Shown piece by piece: positions 8,199 through 18,973 of a DNA stretch of 64,000 nt. Positions within the stretch are counted from its first letter, which is position 1. The number at the start of each line of letters is the position of its first letter. A program made the translations under genes and the position numbers. Below the pieces are notes generated by a model. The model was not told where the DNA came from. It made no database searches and saw only the letters and a list, made by a program, of their open reading frames with translations. The stretch is from contig DEIU01000102.1 in NCBI GenBank assembly GCA_002352645.1, forward strand, positions 22,761-86,760. The letters run 5' to 3'. The DNA is from Acidimicrobiia bacterium UBA2766 (GTDB lineage: Bacteria; Actinomycetota; Acidimicrobiia; UBA2766).

Positions 8199-11100
8199 TT
8201 AGATCTGACTTGTTGTTTGTCCTAGTTTTTCAATCAGAAAAGACCGGAGTTTTATCGCAGTAATAATTTCATGCACTGATCCTACGGCGTGTGCTCTCTC
8301 AATAGTGTGAATAGCATCGAACTCATTCGCTATCTGTCCGAGTTGTTCGGCATGGACTCGGATGAAAGCCTCATCAAACTCAGTTTGAAGACGGGCTATG
8401 GCAGTGCTATCTGTTGCGTTTGAAATCTGTTGTTGTAGCGCACTTATCTCTTTATCTTTTTCAGTTTGCATGCGTACTTTTTTAGCGAAGACAACTGCTG
8501 CAGCAGGAGCACCTCCGATTACCGAAGCTTTTGCGCCTTCAAGTGCCACGACTGTCATGTTGTCATTGAGTGTGCCCGAGAAAACAACGAAGGCACCTCC
8601 GTGATAACGAGAGAGCACACAAAAAACAATAGGTCCTTTGAAATTGACAACTGCTCGACCGATTTCCGCGCCATATTCAAGCTGGAGTTTTCGTAAGGAC
8701 TCTGGAGAACCGTCGAAACCTGAGAGATTTGCCAAAATAACCACGGGACGGTTTCCTGAAACCGCGTTGAGCGCGCGAGCGATTTTTCTTGATGATTGTG
8801 GGAAAAGAGTGCCCGATGTCCAAGCATCCGGCCCATCTGCAGGGATCAGTCCCTGGCGGGGGAGGGGCCTTGATTCCATACCGAGTAAGGACATGGGAAT
8901 GCCGCCGACATGGGCATCCCAGACAACGGCGGTTTCTCCTCCTTGGGCAAGACCAAACCATCGTTCGAGAGGCTGGAGATCTTGGTCTATGACCGCACGC
9001 ATGACCGTTCTGATATCGAAGGGTTTTTTGCGTCCGGGATTCGTGTCCTCATGGAAAATGTCTCCCACCGTCTGAAAACCCTCGGTAGGGTGGGGAAAAC
9101 GGGAAATGTCACGAATTGCGAGGTCGGTGGTGACGGCGCGACGCGGGAACCGCTCTCCCGGCTTTATATAGGAGTGTTCGTAGTACTGGAGGAGTATTTT
9201 GCAGCTATGCCGTAAATCTTTTGCCCAGTACTGGGCTTGCCCGTTTGGCCCCATGACACGCTCGAAGCCGCCAATCCCGAGGTTGTCCTCGGCGGAGACC
9301 CCACCGGAATAGTCCAGTGCTTGTTTTCCGGTAAGGACCATTGCAGATTCGGGCATCATGATGAGGATGCCTTTTGTGTGCGTCAGCATCGTGGCTTCCG
9401 CGTTCCAATAGGGCTGCGCGCCGACATTGACGCCGCATACCACCACGTTGATTTCTCCGCCTTTTTGTGTGAACTCGACAATGCGGCGCAGGACTCGTCC
9501 GATCCAGTCCATATTTTCTGTGCCGCTTTCCATGGAGATGCGGGCACCGGAAGATGTGGCAAACCATTCGACAGGCAGGCGTTTTTTCTCTGCGAGTGAG
9601 AGAGCAGCGATAATGCGACGGCACTCTTCTTCTGCAAGGGATCCGAGGCCACGTGAGGGGTCGGACAAGAGGATGACCCGCTCCATCCCCTCTGGATACT
9701 TTTCAGTATGGTTTTGGACTATTCCCAGAACGATATTGGCTTTGTTCTGGCCAGGGGGTCGGCGTACGGGAACAAGCTGGTCATCATAATTGTATGGCTT
9801 CGTGTTTGCCGCATCTTTGCTGGGTTCGAGGTCGTATTCGACGAAGCTGCCGCCGGGGATGCCGTTGCCACTCGTGGAGGGAGCCAGGATTTCTACTGTT
9901 TCATACGGGTAATGCAAACCCCGGCGTCGCATTTTCACAACTTTTTGTGTGTACTCGGTTAGCGGTACCAAAGGGGTCGTAGGTGGGTCTTGCACCTTGA
10001 GTGTAAACCCCGTTCCCGTTGGGTTCGACATGTGCAGGACGAGCGGGCGCAGTCTTCCTGTGCGTGGACTGCGCATTTGCACTTGGACGACTGCAGCCTC
10101 GAGTCCAGTCCCTTCGGTTGCTCCTGCCAATTTTTGGGCGATCCGTTGGATTTCTGCTGATGAGTAACGCAGGGGCGGACGGACCGAGAGCATGACGCGA
10201 TTCCAGACCATGCGGTCTCGTTCCGGATGGCGTGTACGAGCCGACCGAATAGTGCTGAACGCATCGAGGAGCACGTGTTCGAGTTCGGGAACGGCCAGCA
10301 GTGTGCCGTTCTTGTCCCGCACTTCTGTAAGATCATGTACTTCGGCAAGGGCGAAGAAACGCTCATCTTTTGGGTTTTCTTTGGCTTTCCCGCGGAATAA
10401 CGCGACGACATTTCCGGGAACGGGCAGGCGTTCGATGTCGAAGTTGGCGAGACGCCAGAGCCGTCGTCGTTCTGCGATCGCCGGATGCATGCCTCGAACA
10501 AGCCGATCCTCGATAAACTGGTTTTTTGCCTGCTGGAGGGGAGGCAACGGGTCCTTTTGCTGTTTTTGTGGCAGGGTCTCTTGTGTTGGGCTGTCGCCAT
10601 TTTTGTCTGGGTTTTTGTGTGCAAGTGTGGTGGTGGCCTCTTGCGTAGGACGAAAGGTGAAGTACTGTTCTTCTCCGGTGACTGATGGTGTGGAGGTTGC
10701 CGCCATGAAGGTTGCACGGCGGAGCCCTTTGGGAAGCTGTTGACTGTGCAAAAGGGCAAGTAGCCGTGTGGAAAGCTCTTTTTCCATGGGCAAAGAATCC
10801 CTGTACGACAGGTGAAAGTCTATTTCGGCAACATGATCAGGGGGGAGAGAAGCAGCCAGCCCAAGGATATTCTGCACGGCATGGTCGAGTTTTTTCTCTG
10901 TGGTGGCAAGAGTGAGAAGGGAGACGGTGAGGTCTTCTCCCTTTGGCCCGTTCCCGGACTCTACCCATTGGCTCACCGCAATGGGTCCAGCCTCGGTGTC
11001 CGGAAACCAGAATTCGCTGAAGTCGTGATCGGGGTAGTACCGCTTGGCCAGAATTTCCAGCAAAGTCTGACGTAGGGGGGTGGGCTCGCTCAGGACATGG

Positions 11101-13928
11101 TGTGTAAGTCGCGCGCGCAAAGGCAGTGGGCATTGGATGAGCGCTTTTAGGTTTTGCGCGCGTTCTGTGGCCTCTGAGGGATCGCGGATTGCCGCGATAT
11201 GTTCGTCCATTTCCGCGTATACCTGCGAGCGTTTTTTGTCGAGAATGGGTTTATCGAAACAGGTGTAGCGGATTTCTCTGGCGATATCGGCAATTTCGGG
11301 GAATCTGCTTGTTGTACTTGAGGCGAGACGATCGAGTAAGTGCTCGAAATTCGCAGGAGTATCGAGGGTGTGCTGTCCAGCATATGCTTTGAGCTGTCGG
11401 TGTAAAATAGCTGTGATAACTGGAGCTTGACGTTCGATACGCTGGTGTGATTTGAAGAGGAGAAGCAGGGCTTCCTCGAGTTCTGGAGAGTGATCAAAAG
11501 ATTCCACTCCATAGTGGGAAAGAGTCTGGAGTAGCTGGTCGAGAAAGGTGGAAGGGAGCCCTGTGCCGGCACTTTCAACCGCGCGGAGATAGAGCAGAAA
11601 ATGCTCGGATGGGCTGCGTCGGTCTTCGTTTTCTCCGGGGAGCGCAACATCGGTTTCTCGTTCGCGGCGGCTGATAGAGCAAATGTCTGCAAAAATCTCG
11701 AGGATCGCTTTTTCTCGAGCGTCAGTCTGGTCCGTGTGGGCGATGCTCTCAAACGCGTCTGCTGCGGAGATATCGAAGCCCAGCATCTGAGACTGCAGGA
11801 GATCCATGCTATTTGTCTGGTTTCCCTGGTCTTTTTCTCTGTGAAAGAGCAGCCGGGTCTCGTCGTTTTCCATTCCTGAAGAGGGACGTTCTTCCGCGTC
11901 GATTTGTAGTAAGGGCGTTCCCGCGTCCACTTGCGTGTTCGAGGTGGCATGCACTGCCCTGATCTGTCCCGAGAAGGGCGCCGCCACAGCGGTTTCCATT
12001 TTCATGGATTCCAAAATGGCGATTGTTTCGCCCGCATGCACCTTGTCTCCTGGCGCGACAAGGATTCTGACGACAACAGAAGGGGCAAGTGCTCGTACTA
12101 TACCGCCGTCGTCTCTGGAGACCCGATGTGGGACGCCATCTACTTCTATGAGATGGTCTGGTCCGTCAATCACGGAAATGACACGATGTGTCTGTCCGAA
12201 ACAAGTAAGTCGCCGTTCAAATTTGTCTTGTTTGCGAATTTCGGCAGTGATAGAGGCGTTTTCCACCTGGACGCGGTACTGGTTTTTTTGCAGGCGGTCG
12301 ACATGCACGCTGTATGTTCCGCCGTGCAGGCGGAACTCGATGTTGACACCGATTTCGTTGCGAACTTGGGGTCGGCCTCTGGCGGCTGTCGAGTAGAAGC
12401 GGGCTTGTTCGACCGCTGTTTCCGCGTCGTAAGCCTCTATGGCTGCTTGGACGAGAGCTATTTCGGCGTGCTTTCGATTTATGTGGGCTCCGGTGGCTGT
12501 GAGGCGGTTCAGCCAATCGATGTCTACTGTGCTCGCTTTGACCTCAGGTTGTTGCAGGAGAGAAAGCAGAAAGGCCTTGTTCGTTGTGCCGCCTTTTACG
12601 ACAATTGTGCACTGGGCGAGGGCCCGTTCGAGTCTGGCAAGTGCTTCTTGTCGGTTCTGCCCCCAGACAATGATCTTGGCGATCATGGAGTCGAACTCTG
12701 CCGGGATGCTGTCGCCCTCTCGTACTCCTGTGTCGACACGGATGCCCGGTCCTGTGGGCAGTCGGAATGCCGCGATTTTTCCGGGGGCCGGAGCGAAGTC
12801 GCGTTCGGGATCTTCGGCATTAAGCCGTGCTTCTATGGCATGACCAGTCGTAGGAGGGGGCGTGTCGTTGAGATGCCCTCCTTTTGCAACGTGCAATTGC
12901 AGTTTGACAAGGTCAAGTCCAGTGGTCACTTCAGTGACGGGATGCTCAACTTGTAAACGAGTGTTTACTTCCATGAAAGCGAGGCGGGAAGGGCGATTGT
13001 CTTTGGCGGGGAGGTAGAGGAACTCGACGGTTCCCGCGTTTTGGTAACCAACTGTCTGGCAGAGACGGAGCGCAGCAGTACGGGCGGCTTTTTCGTCTGC
13101 GGGATCAAGGACTACCGAAGCCGATTCCTCGATCACCTTTTGATTTCGCCGTTGGATAGTGCAGTCGCGTATGCCGACTATTTGCACAGTTCCGTGATTA
13201 TCGGCGATGACTTGTACTTCAATATGGCGAGCCCTTGGAAGGAGCTCCTCTATAAAGACAGTGGGATCGCCGAAACTCGCTTTCGCTTCTTCTTGGGCGC
13301 GTGTGAACGCAGAAGAGAGGCCACTGGGTTCGGTTACCTTTCGGATGCCGCGTCCACCGCCTCCTGAGGCTGCTTTGATGAGAAGGGGATAGCCGATTTC
13401 GTCGGCATGGGTTTCGGCGGCTGCAACTGATGGAACAGGCCCTCCGCTCCAGCGCGCGACAGGAACTTTGGCACTTTCTGCAAGGTGCTTGGCGGTAATC
13501 TTATTCCCGAGTTCGCGCATCACATCGGGTGGTGGGCCAATGAAAACTATGCCGAGATTTTGGCAGAGTTCCGCGAATTCTGCCTGTTCGGCCACGAAAC
13601 CCCAGCCAACCCAGACGGCGTCCGCGCGGACCTGTGTCAGGGCTTGCCGTAGCAGGTTGTAATCAAGGTAGGCGCTTTGTGTTTCGCCCTGTTCTGTCGT
13701 GCGCGTCGCGGGGCCGAGACAGTAAGACTCATGGGCCTCGCGCGTAAAGCAGGCATCTCTGTCTGCTGTTGTGTACAGGGCAATGGTCGTAAGAGGAGAC
13801 GTATGCTCTCGATTATGTTCCTCGACAGCGTGGATGAATCGCATCGCGGCTTCACCGCGGTTCACGATTGCGACACGAGAAAACTTTCGCTGCATCCGTT
13901 TCTTCCGGGAGGTTTCGGCAGGTGTCAT
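8199..13928 (-). CDS. single-chain multidomain acyl-CoA carboxylase (BC - BCCP - long linker - CT; LCC-type)
   Basis: 1909 aa. N-terminal ATP-grasp biotin carboxylase (IVNRGEAAMRF..., GGGGRG). Biotinyl motif ESMKMET around aa 640. C-terminal carboxyltransferase (crotonase-like, GGFERVMGPNG...). ATG at 13928; alternative ATG at 13895. Confidence 0.85.
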   Translation of the reverse strand: MTPAETSRKKRMQRKFSRVAIVNRGEAAMRFIHAVEEHNREHTSPLTTIALYTTADRDACFTREAHESYCLGPATRTTEQGETQSAYLDYNLLRQALTQVRADAVWVGWGFVAEQAEFAELCQNLGIVFIGPPPDVMRELGNKITAKHLAESAKVPVARWSGGPVPSVAAAETHADEIGYPLLIKAASGGGGRGIRKVTEPSGLSSAFTRAQEEAKASFGDPTVFIEELLPRARHIEVQVIADNHGTVQIVGIRDCTIQRRNQKVIEESASVVLDPADEKAARTAALRLCQTVGYQNAGTVEFLYLPAKDNRPSRLAFMEVNTRLQVEHPVTEVTTGLDLVKLQLHVAKGGHLNDTPPPTTGHAIEARLNAEDPERDFAPAPGKIAAFRLPTGPGIRVDTGVREGDSIPAEFDSMIAKIIVWGQNRQEALARLERALAQCTIVVKGGTTNKAFLLSLLQQPEVKASTVDIDWLNRLTATGAHINRKHAEIALVQAAIEAYDAETAVEQARFYSTAARGRPQVRNEIGVNIEFRLHGGTYSVHVDRLQKNQYRVQVENASITAEIRKQDKFERRLTCFGQTHRVISVIDGPDHLIEVDGVPHRVSRDDGGIVRALAPSVVVRILVAPGDKVHAGETIAILESMKMETAVAAPFSGQIRAVHATSNTQVDAGTPLLQIDAEERPSSGMENDETRLLFHREKDQGNQTNSMDLLQSQMLGFDISAADAFESIAHTDQTDAREKAILEIFADICSISRRERETDVALPGENEDRRSPSEHFLLYLRAVESAGTGLPSTFLDQLLQTLSHYGVESFDHSPELEEALLLLFKSHQRIERQAPVITAILHRQLKAYAGQHTLDTPANFEHLLDRLASSTTSRFPEIADIAREIRYTCFDKPILDKKRSQVYAEMDEHIAAIRDPSEATERAQNLKALIQCPLPLRARLTHHVLSEPTPLRQTLLEILAKRYYPDHDFSEFWFPDTEAGPIAVSQWVESGNGPKGEDLTVSLLTLATTEKKLDHAVQNILGLAASLPPDHVAEIDFHLSYRDSLPMEKELSTRLLALLHSQQLPKGLRRATFMAATSTPSVTGEEQYFTFRPTQEATTTLAHKNPDKNGDSPTQETLPQKQQKDPLPPLQQAKNQFIEDRLVRGMHPAIAERRRLWRLANFDIERLPVPGNVVALFRGKAKENPKDERFFALAEVHDLTEVRDKNGTLLAVPELEHVLLDAFSTIRSARTRHPERDRMVWNRVMLSVRPPLRYSSAEIQRIAQKLAGATEGTGLEAAVVQVQMRSPRTGRLRPLVLHMSNPTGTGFTLKVQDPPTTPLVPLTEYTQKVVKMRRRGLHYPYETVEILAPSTSGNGIPGGSFVEYDLEPSKDAANTKPYNYDDQLVPVRRPPGQNKANIVLGIVQNHTEKYPEGMERVILLSDPSRGLGSLAEEECRRIIAALSLAEKKRLPVEWFATSSGARISMESGTENMDWIGRVLRRIVEFTQKGGEINVVVCGVNVGAQPYWNAEATMLTHTKGILIMMPESAMVLTGKQALDYSGGVSAEDNLGIGGFERVMGPNGQAQYWAKDLRHSCKILLQYYEHSYIKPGERFPRRAVTTDLAIRDISRFPHPTEGFQTVGDIFHEDTNPGRKKPFDIRTVMRAVIDQDLQPLERWFGLAQGGETAVVWDAHVGGIPMSLLGMESRPLPRQGLIPADGPDAWTSGTLFPQSSRKIARALNAVSGNRPVVILANLSGFDGSPESLRKLQLEYGAEIGRAVVNFKGPIVFCVLSRYHGGAFVVFSGTLNDNMTVVALEGAKASVIGGAPAAAVVFAKKVRMQTEKDKEISALQQQISNATDSTAIARLQTEFDEAFIRVHAEQLGQIANEFDAIHTIERAHAVGSVHEIITAIKLRSFLIEKLGQTTSQI

Positions 13929-14227
13929 GAGTTCGTCTGAATATTCTGTTTTGGCAATGCGTAAAAATCAGTTAAAGCGTGGGAAGAGAGCAGCATAAAA
14001 GTAAATTTTCACCTTATGAGTGTCGGCCAGATGATGTCTGACCAAGGAAAAAAATACAGTTTCCACGCGGTGTGTGCTTCTGTTGGACCGGTTCGCTGGA
14101 AAACAGGTTACGTATATGTGACAGGAAGAGTTTGGCGAATTCGGATTTGCCACTTGCGACCGGCTCTGTTGGTCGCAAGTTTTCTGAAAGAACAGGGGAA
14201 AAGGACGGGGGACTTATGCGTGGAGTA

Positions 14228-14995
14228 TCAGCCGGCGTTTCGGTCGAGCGCATGAATCATCTGGCTGGGAAAAGCACGAACAAGACGTTCTGTCACTTTT
14301 TCCAGGGCATCCTGGTCGCGACTGTCAAGCGTGACTTTCACCTGGTAATCGGGGTGAGAGAGGAGTGGGTAGGACCCGATGGCGACCACACCGTTGTATT
14401 CATGCGCGAGTTTCGTGAGAATAGCAGCGAGTTCCCCCTCTCCAATCTTAAAATAGGCGATATTTGTGATGATCGGCACGCTATCGATGGTCGCAACGAT
14501 CATATCGGCTTGGCGTTGAAAAATATCGGGGATGCCCGGAAGAATATAAACGTTTTCGACTGTGTAGAGAGGCCAGGTTGTTCCTGTATGGATCAGCTGG
14601 CAATTTGACGGGATAGACGCCATTTTTCGCCAGGCTTTGCCTTTTGGTCCGGTCCCAAAATAGGACTCGATCACGGTGACGAGCTCGGCTCGTTCTTCCA
14701 TGTCGACATCGAAGGCTGCGGCAATTCCTGCCATTGTGACATCGTCATGAGTTGGGCCGATGCCTCCCGAAGTAAAGCAATAATCTCGGCGCTTGCGGCA
14801 GAGGTTGACAGTTTCAACAATTGCATCTATGTCATCGCTCACCACATGGGTCTCGTTCAGGTCAATGCCACTACGGCGTAAGAGCGAGATGAGATATGGC
14901 CCATTTGCATCTTGGATCTTGCCGGACAACAATTCGTTGCCGATGAGCACGATCCCAGCAGTGGGCGGTTTGGTGAATGGTCCGTCCTGCCCCAC
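14228..14995 (-). CDS. MoCF-biosynthesis/CinA N-terminal-like molybdopterin-binding domain protein
   Basis: IVLIGNELLSGKIQDANGPY ... GGIGPTHDDVT pattern of the MoaB/MogA/CinA-N fold. GTG start. Confidence 0.6.
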   Translation of the reverse strand: MGQDGPFTKPPTAGIVLIGNELLSGKIQDANGPYLISLLRRSGIDLNETHVVSDDIDAIVETVNLCRKRRDYCFTSGGIGPTHDDVTMAGIAAAFDVDMEERAELVTVIESYFGTGPKGKAWRKMASIPSNCQLIHTGTTWPLYTVENVYILPGIPDIFQRQADMIVATIDSVPIITNIAYFKIGEGELAAILTKLAHEYNGVVAIGSYPLLSHPDYQVKVTLDSRDQDALEKVTERLVRAFPSQMIHALDRNAG

Positions 14996-15192
14996 AGTGT
15001 TCTCCTGCCCCTATGGTCTCATTTTGTGTTGTGCATCGGGTGTCGTGCAATGAAGCCTTTTGGCGATTATTGTCGATTATTACCGGAGATGACAAAGGCT
15101 TGAGGTTTTTTTGGCGGAGATGTTGGCGTATTGCTTCTTTTGGGTAGTGGATGAGCGGCGAATTTTTGGGTGTGAGTCTTCGCGCGTGTTTT

Positions 15193-15867
15193 TTAGGTTT
15201 TCTTTGCGGGTGGGGGTTCGATGAAGGCAACGGAGATATCGGCGCCCCCATCAAAAGGAGAGGCGCTGATCCGTCCGCCCTGAAGAGAAGGCTTGGCTTT
15301 GCTGATTTTACCGCCGTGCGTGTGTACCGCCCTGATTGTCGCGTCGAGATTTGGGGTGGAAAAGGCCAATCCCCAGATACGGGGAGGCTGTTGGCCACGC
15401 ATTTCTACAACTTCGAGGATTGTTTCGCCTGCTCGAAAGAAGGCGGCGGGCAGGCCGCGCACTTCAGTGCGTCGTTTGCAGGGAACTTTCACAAAACTTT
15501 CCATGCCGGCAACGAGCGCGTCAAGAGAGGGAACCACCACTACCACATGGTCGATGCCTGTGACCCCGTTCGGGTGAGAGGCGGAGACTGTGGGAGGGGG
15601 GGTTATTTGCGTGAAAGTGGGTGGTGCAACACTGGGGTCGAGGCGGATGGAAGTGTCTTCGTCTCCCTGAAAAGTCCAGGAAGACAAACCAAAAGGAGGG
15701 GTGTTGGAAAATGCCATATGCACCTGAACAGAACCGATTTGTAGGACTCCGGTTTCTGCAGTAGGGCTTGCATTCTCCAGCTTGAAAGCAAGTTGCTGGA
15801 ATGATGCAATGGCTTTTTCTGTTGCCGGGACGTTCATTTGGAGACTGAGAAGAGCGCTCACAGACAA
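15193..15867 (-). CDS. glyoxalase/VOC-fold domain protein
   Basis: IDHVVVVVPSLDALVAGMESF... beta-alpha-beta-beta-beta module. Weak. Confidence 0.45.
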   Translation of the reverse strand: MSVSALLSLQMNVPATEKAIASFQQLAFKLENASPTAETGVLQIGSVQVHMAFSNTPPFGLSSWTFQGDEDTSIRLDPSVAPPTFTQITPPPTVSASHPNGVTGIDHVVVVVPSLDALVAGMESFVKVPCKRRTEVRGLPAAFFRAGETILEVVEMRGQQPPRIWGLAFSTPNLDATIRAVHTHGGKISKAKPSLQGGRISASPFDGGADISVAFIEPPPAKKT

Positions 15868-15899
15868 AGCTTACGCGCGAGGCTCTCCGAAGAGCTTTT

Positions 15900-17090
15900 T
15901 TAGCGGGAGATGAGAAGAGGTATGTGAGATTCCGCTTCGGAGAAGCTGCCGTGGTGACCGCGCAAGCGCGACTGTAAATTGTCGACTTTTGTTTGGAATA
16001 TGCCGCTTGGAGCGTCGGTGAAGGCTGCGACCACATTTCCGATGCTGGGGAGGACGCGGGACTCGACAACTGGGCCGAACCATCCTTTTTGCAGAGCCTC
16101 CTGCTTGGATACCACCCATGCCTGGTCTGCAAGAAAATCACGCCAGGTTTCGAGAACAAAATCGCCGGCGTTTTTTAATGTGTAGACATGGCGCATGCGT
16201 GGTTCGCCTCCGAGCGAGCGCACTCCCTCTTGCAGAGCTTCTGTGGTATCGAAATCGATTTTTTTTTCTTCATCAATATTCATCATGCCGTGGTCCCCTG
16301 TCACCATAAGGAGAGTGTCCGAGGGTAACTGTGCGCGCATGTTCTGCACATGGTTGTCGACACGAGCGAGTTCTTCGAGCCAGGGATCTGACCCTACGCC
16401 TGAGACATGACCGATCCGGTCGAGAGAAGGGTGGTACGCATAGATAAAGCAACGGTCGTGCTCTGCCGCAGCTTTGGCTGCTTGTGTGGGGGCTTCTTCT
16501 GGCTGGGTCCAACCATGCGGGAGTGTGCCGCGTAGGGTTGCTTGCGTGAGACCACTTCCCTCATAAAGGGTATTTGTGCAGGAAATGACCGGAATTCCGG
16601 CCTCGGTAGCTTGCGCGAAAAGAGTCGGATGAGGTTGTATTTTTTGAGGGAAGAGCGCGTCAGTGATTGTCTTATTGGGAGAGGCCCCATATCGGGAGAA
16701 GCGCACCAGGTTGATGATCTCTCCTGTTGCTTGCCAGTTGATGGTGTAACCGACGAGGCCGTGGCGTCCTGGGGTAAGTCCTGTGCCAATGGACGCGAGG
16801 CTTGTGACTGTTGTTGAGGGAAAGCAGGTGCGAATAACAGAACTGTTTTCTGCCTGGAGGAGTTCACGCAAGGTTGGAGCGGTATCTCCATAGTCGCGTA
16901 TGGCAGTGGCGCCAAGCCCGTCGATCAAGTACAAGCAGACGCGTCGGACGTGTTCCACGCGTTCTCTCAAGCCTAATGGGTCTGGCCAATTGTCAAGTAA
17001 GAGTGCGAGTCCTGAAGGGACAATCTCAGCAAGCGTTCCGTATCCGTAGGGCGGGATCGAAGGTGCGGGAAAAGGTGATCTGACACTCAT
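15900..17090 (-). CDS. alkaline-phosphatase-superfamily phosphodiesterase / nucleotide pyrophosphatase (type I PDE family)
   Basis: LIDGLGA ... GTGLTPGRHGLVGY ... VTGDHGM metal-site pattern. Start re-placed at the ATG at 17090 (MSVRSPFP); the ORF track runs to 17411. Confidence 0.6.
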   Translation of the reverse strand: MSVRSPFPAPSIPPYGYGTLAEIVPSGLALLLDNWPDPLGLRERVEHVRRVCLYLIDGLGATAIRDYGDTAPTLRELLQAENSSVIRTCFPSTTVTSLASIGTGLTPGRHGLVGYTINWQATGEIINLVRFSRYGASPNKTITDALFPQKIQPHPTLFAQATEAGIPVISCTNTLYEGSGLTQATLRGTLPHGWTQPEEAPTQAAKAAAEHDRCFIYAYHPSLDRIGHVSGVGSDPWLEELARVDNHVQNMRAQLPSDTLLMVTGDHGMMNIDEEKKIDFDTTEALQEGVRSLGGEPRMRHVYTLKNAGDFVLETWRDFLADQAWVVSKQEALQKGWFGPVVESRVLPSIGNVVAAFTDAPSGIFQTKVDNLQSRLRGHHGSFSEAESHIPLLISR

Positions 17091-17317
17091 CGGTGCAGAG
17101 TACCGTACTTGTGAACGAAGGAACGCGTTCGCGTGTTTACTTTTTGTGTAGCACGCAAAGATTTGTGCATATTGCCTTTCTTTAGGAGCTTTTTGTGTGC
17201 TGTCTATTCGACAGGGTATTTGTGGCAAGCAAATGATGCTTGGTGAAGGCGACGACGTAAAAGCCGTGCCCGAGAACGCCTGTGAGAGTAAAAGTTTGTG
17301 TTTTTGAGGAGTGTGTG

Positions 17318-17971
17318 ATGCTTGTCGGGATTTTGGGAGGAACAGGTCCAGCGGGAAAAGGTGTGGGATATCGCTGTGCTTTAGCAGGACATGACGTGTT
17401 TTTAGGATCACGTGATATCGAGCGTGCAGAAAAAAGTGCGGAAGAACTTTCTCACAGTGTGCTGGTCGGAACGATATCTGGCGCTCGCAATGAGGACGTC
17501 GTAGGGAAAGCCGACCTGATTGTGCTGGCGGTACCCTGGCAGGGGGCGGTGACGACGGCAGAAGGCTTTGAGCCGCAATTACGGGGAAAAGTTCTTGTTT
17601 CCATGGTGAATGCCATCGCGTTTCATGGGGGGAGGCCTGAACCGCTTTTGCCTGCCTCAGGTTCTATTGCGGTGCGTCTGCAATCCCGCCTTCCTGAAGT
17701 GCGGGTCATCGCTGCGATGCACCATCTTCCTGCCCGAGTGATGCTCGATAGCTCTGCTGTTCCTGATTTTGATGTGCTCATTGCCGGAGACGATGACTCC
17801 GCGATAAAAATAGTGAAAGAACTGGTGAATTCAGTAGCGGGATTGCGTGCCGTAGAGGCCGGTCAGTTGCAGAATGCCACTGCCCTTGAAGCGCTGACCC
17901 CTGTGTTGATCGACATCAACATGCGTTATAAAGCGCGTAGTGGTGTGCGTATCACTGGTTTGGAACTCTGA
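17318..17971 (+). CDS. NADP oxidoreductase, coenzyme-F420-dependent family (FNO/Npd-like Rossmann protein)
   Basis: MLVGILGGTGPAGKG dinucleotide-binding motif. ATG at 17318 with GAGGAG 8 nt upstream. Confidence 0.65.
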   Translation: MLVGILGGTGPAGKGVGYRCALAGHDVFLGSRDIERAEKSAEELSHSVLVGTISGARNEDVVGKADLIVLAVPWQGAVTTAEGFEPQLRGKVLVSMVNAIAFHGGRPEPLLPASGSIAVRLQSRLPEVRVIAAMHHLPARVMLDSSAVPDFDVLIAGDDDSAIKIVKELVNSVAGLRAVEAGQLQNATALEALTPVLIDINMRYKARSGVRITGLEL

Positions 17972-18204
17972 GCGAGTTTTAAAGAGAAAAATGTTCTTCT
18001 CGCCGCAAGGCGAGAAGAACGCGAACCATGCACTGCATGGTTTTTCCCGGCCTGAAGGTAGCTGGTGCCGTCGTTTTTCTCAGGATTTATGGCTGCGTGT
18101 TGGGTTGCTGCTGTCGCGACCGGATAGAGCCTTGCAAAATGCATTTTTCATTATGTGTGGGACAGATCGTCGCGTGGGTTTTGCGCAGGGGGTCCTCGAA
18201 AGTT

Positions 18205-18822
18205 TTAGACCGGAGACCATGCCGGCGTTGAGTCATCACTTGCGGAAGTTGTTGGCCAGGTGTGCATGTTTTCCGGGAGGACCAAAGACGTGAGGGAGAT
18301 CGGAGTGAGGAAACCGCGAATGGCGCGGTTTCCTGCCGGGCTCGCAACGGCCCAGGTGGGCGCACAGGAGAGGAGAGAAGTTGGAATGAGGGTTTGGTGG
18401 GAATGTGCAATGTCGCAGAGACGGGCCGCGAGGTTCACGTCACGTCCGACATAATCATCACCGTCGAGCATGAGCACCTCGCCCTTTGTGACGCCACTCC
18501 GAATCGGCAAGGGTGCGTTTGATTTGACCATGTGCCATTCAATTTCCAGCACAGCAGAAATCAATGACATGGTGTCGAGTCCAATGAGCATTGCACCGTC
18601 ACCCAACCATTTGGCGATCCGCACCGTTCGGCGGGAGGCTATGGCACGCAGGAGTGTCCGGAATGCGGCGAGAACTTCGAGCGCAGCCTCGTCGCCTTCG
18701 ACTTCGGTGTAGGTCGTGAATCCTGAGACATCAACGAATGCTAAATTTCTTGTCGAGCGCACGCTGTCATATTGCCACTTTCTCAGCTTTTTTCTAAGAG
18801 GTTTGTCGAGCGTTTCGGGCAA
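18205..18822 (-). CDS. class III adenylate/guanylate cyclase catalytic-domain protein (stand-alone, about 200 aa)
   Basis: FVDVSGFT ... GDGAMLIG ... VGRDVNLAARL, hallmark of the CHD nucleotidyl cyclase domain. Confidence 0.6.
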   Translation of the reverse strand: MPETLDKPLRKKLRKWQYDSVRSTRNLAFVDVSGFTTYTEVEGDEAALEVLAAFRTLLRAIASRRTVRIAKWLGDGAMLIGLDTMSLISAVLEIEWHMVKSNAPLPIRSGVTKGEVLMLDGDDYVGRDVNLAARLCDIAHSHQTLIPTSLLSCAPTWAVASPAGNRAIRGFLTPISLTSLVLPENMHTWPTTSASDDSTPAWSPV

Positions 18823-18973
18823 GTGACTGAGATATACTGAAAATTACAGAGTTTCCTTGTTCTCTGAGCGTTGTATGGGGAATGAAAGTCACACATGAAA
18901 ACTCTGTGCGGCAAACTTTTTCCGCAAGTGGTTGGCAGGACTTCTCTTCCCAACTTTTGTCTGCCTACCTGCT

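Noticed and set aside
9959-12956. Several 150-340-aa ORFs (9959..10759, 11147..11950, 11931..12956)
   Set aside because: All are embedded in or antisense to the 1909-aa carboxylase gene, whose domains are continuous and in frame.
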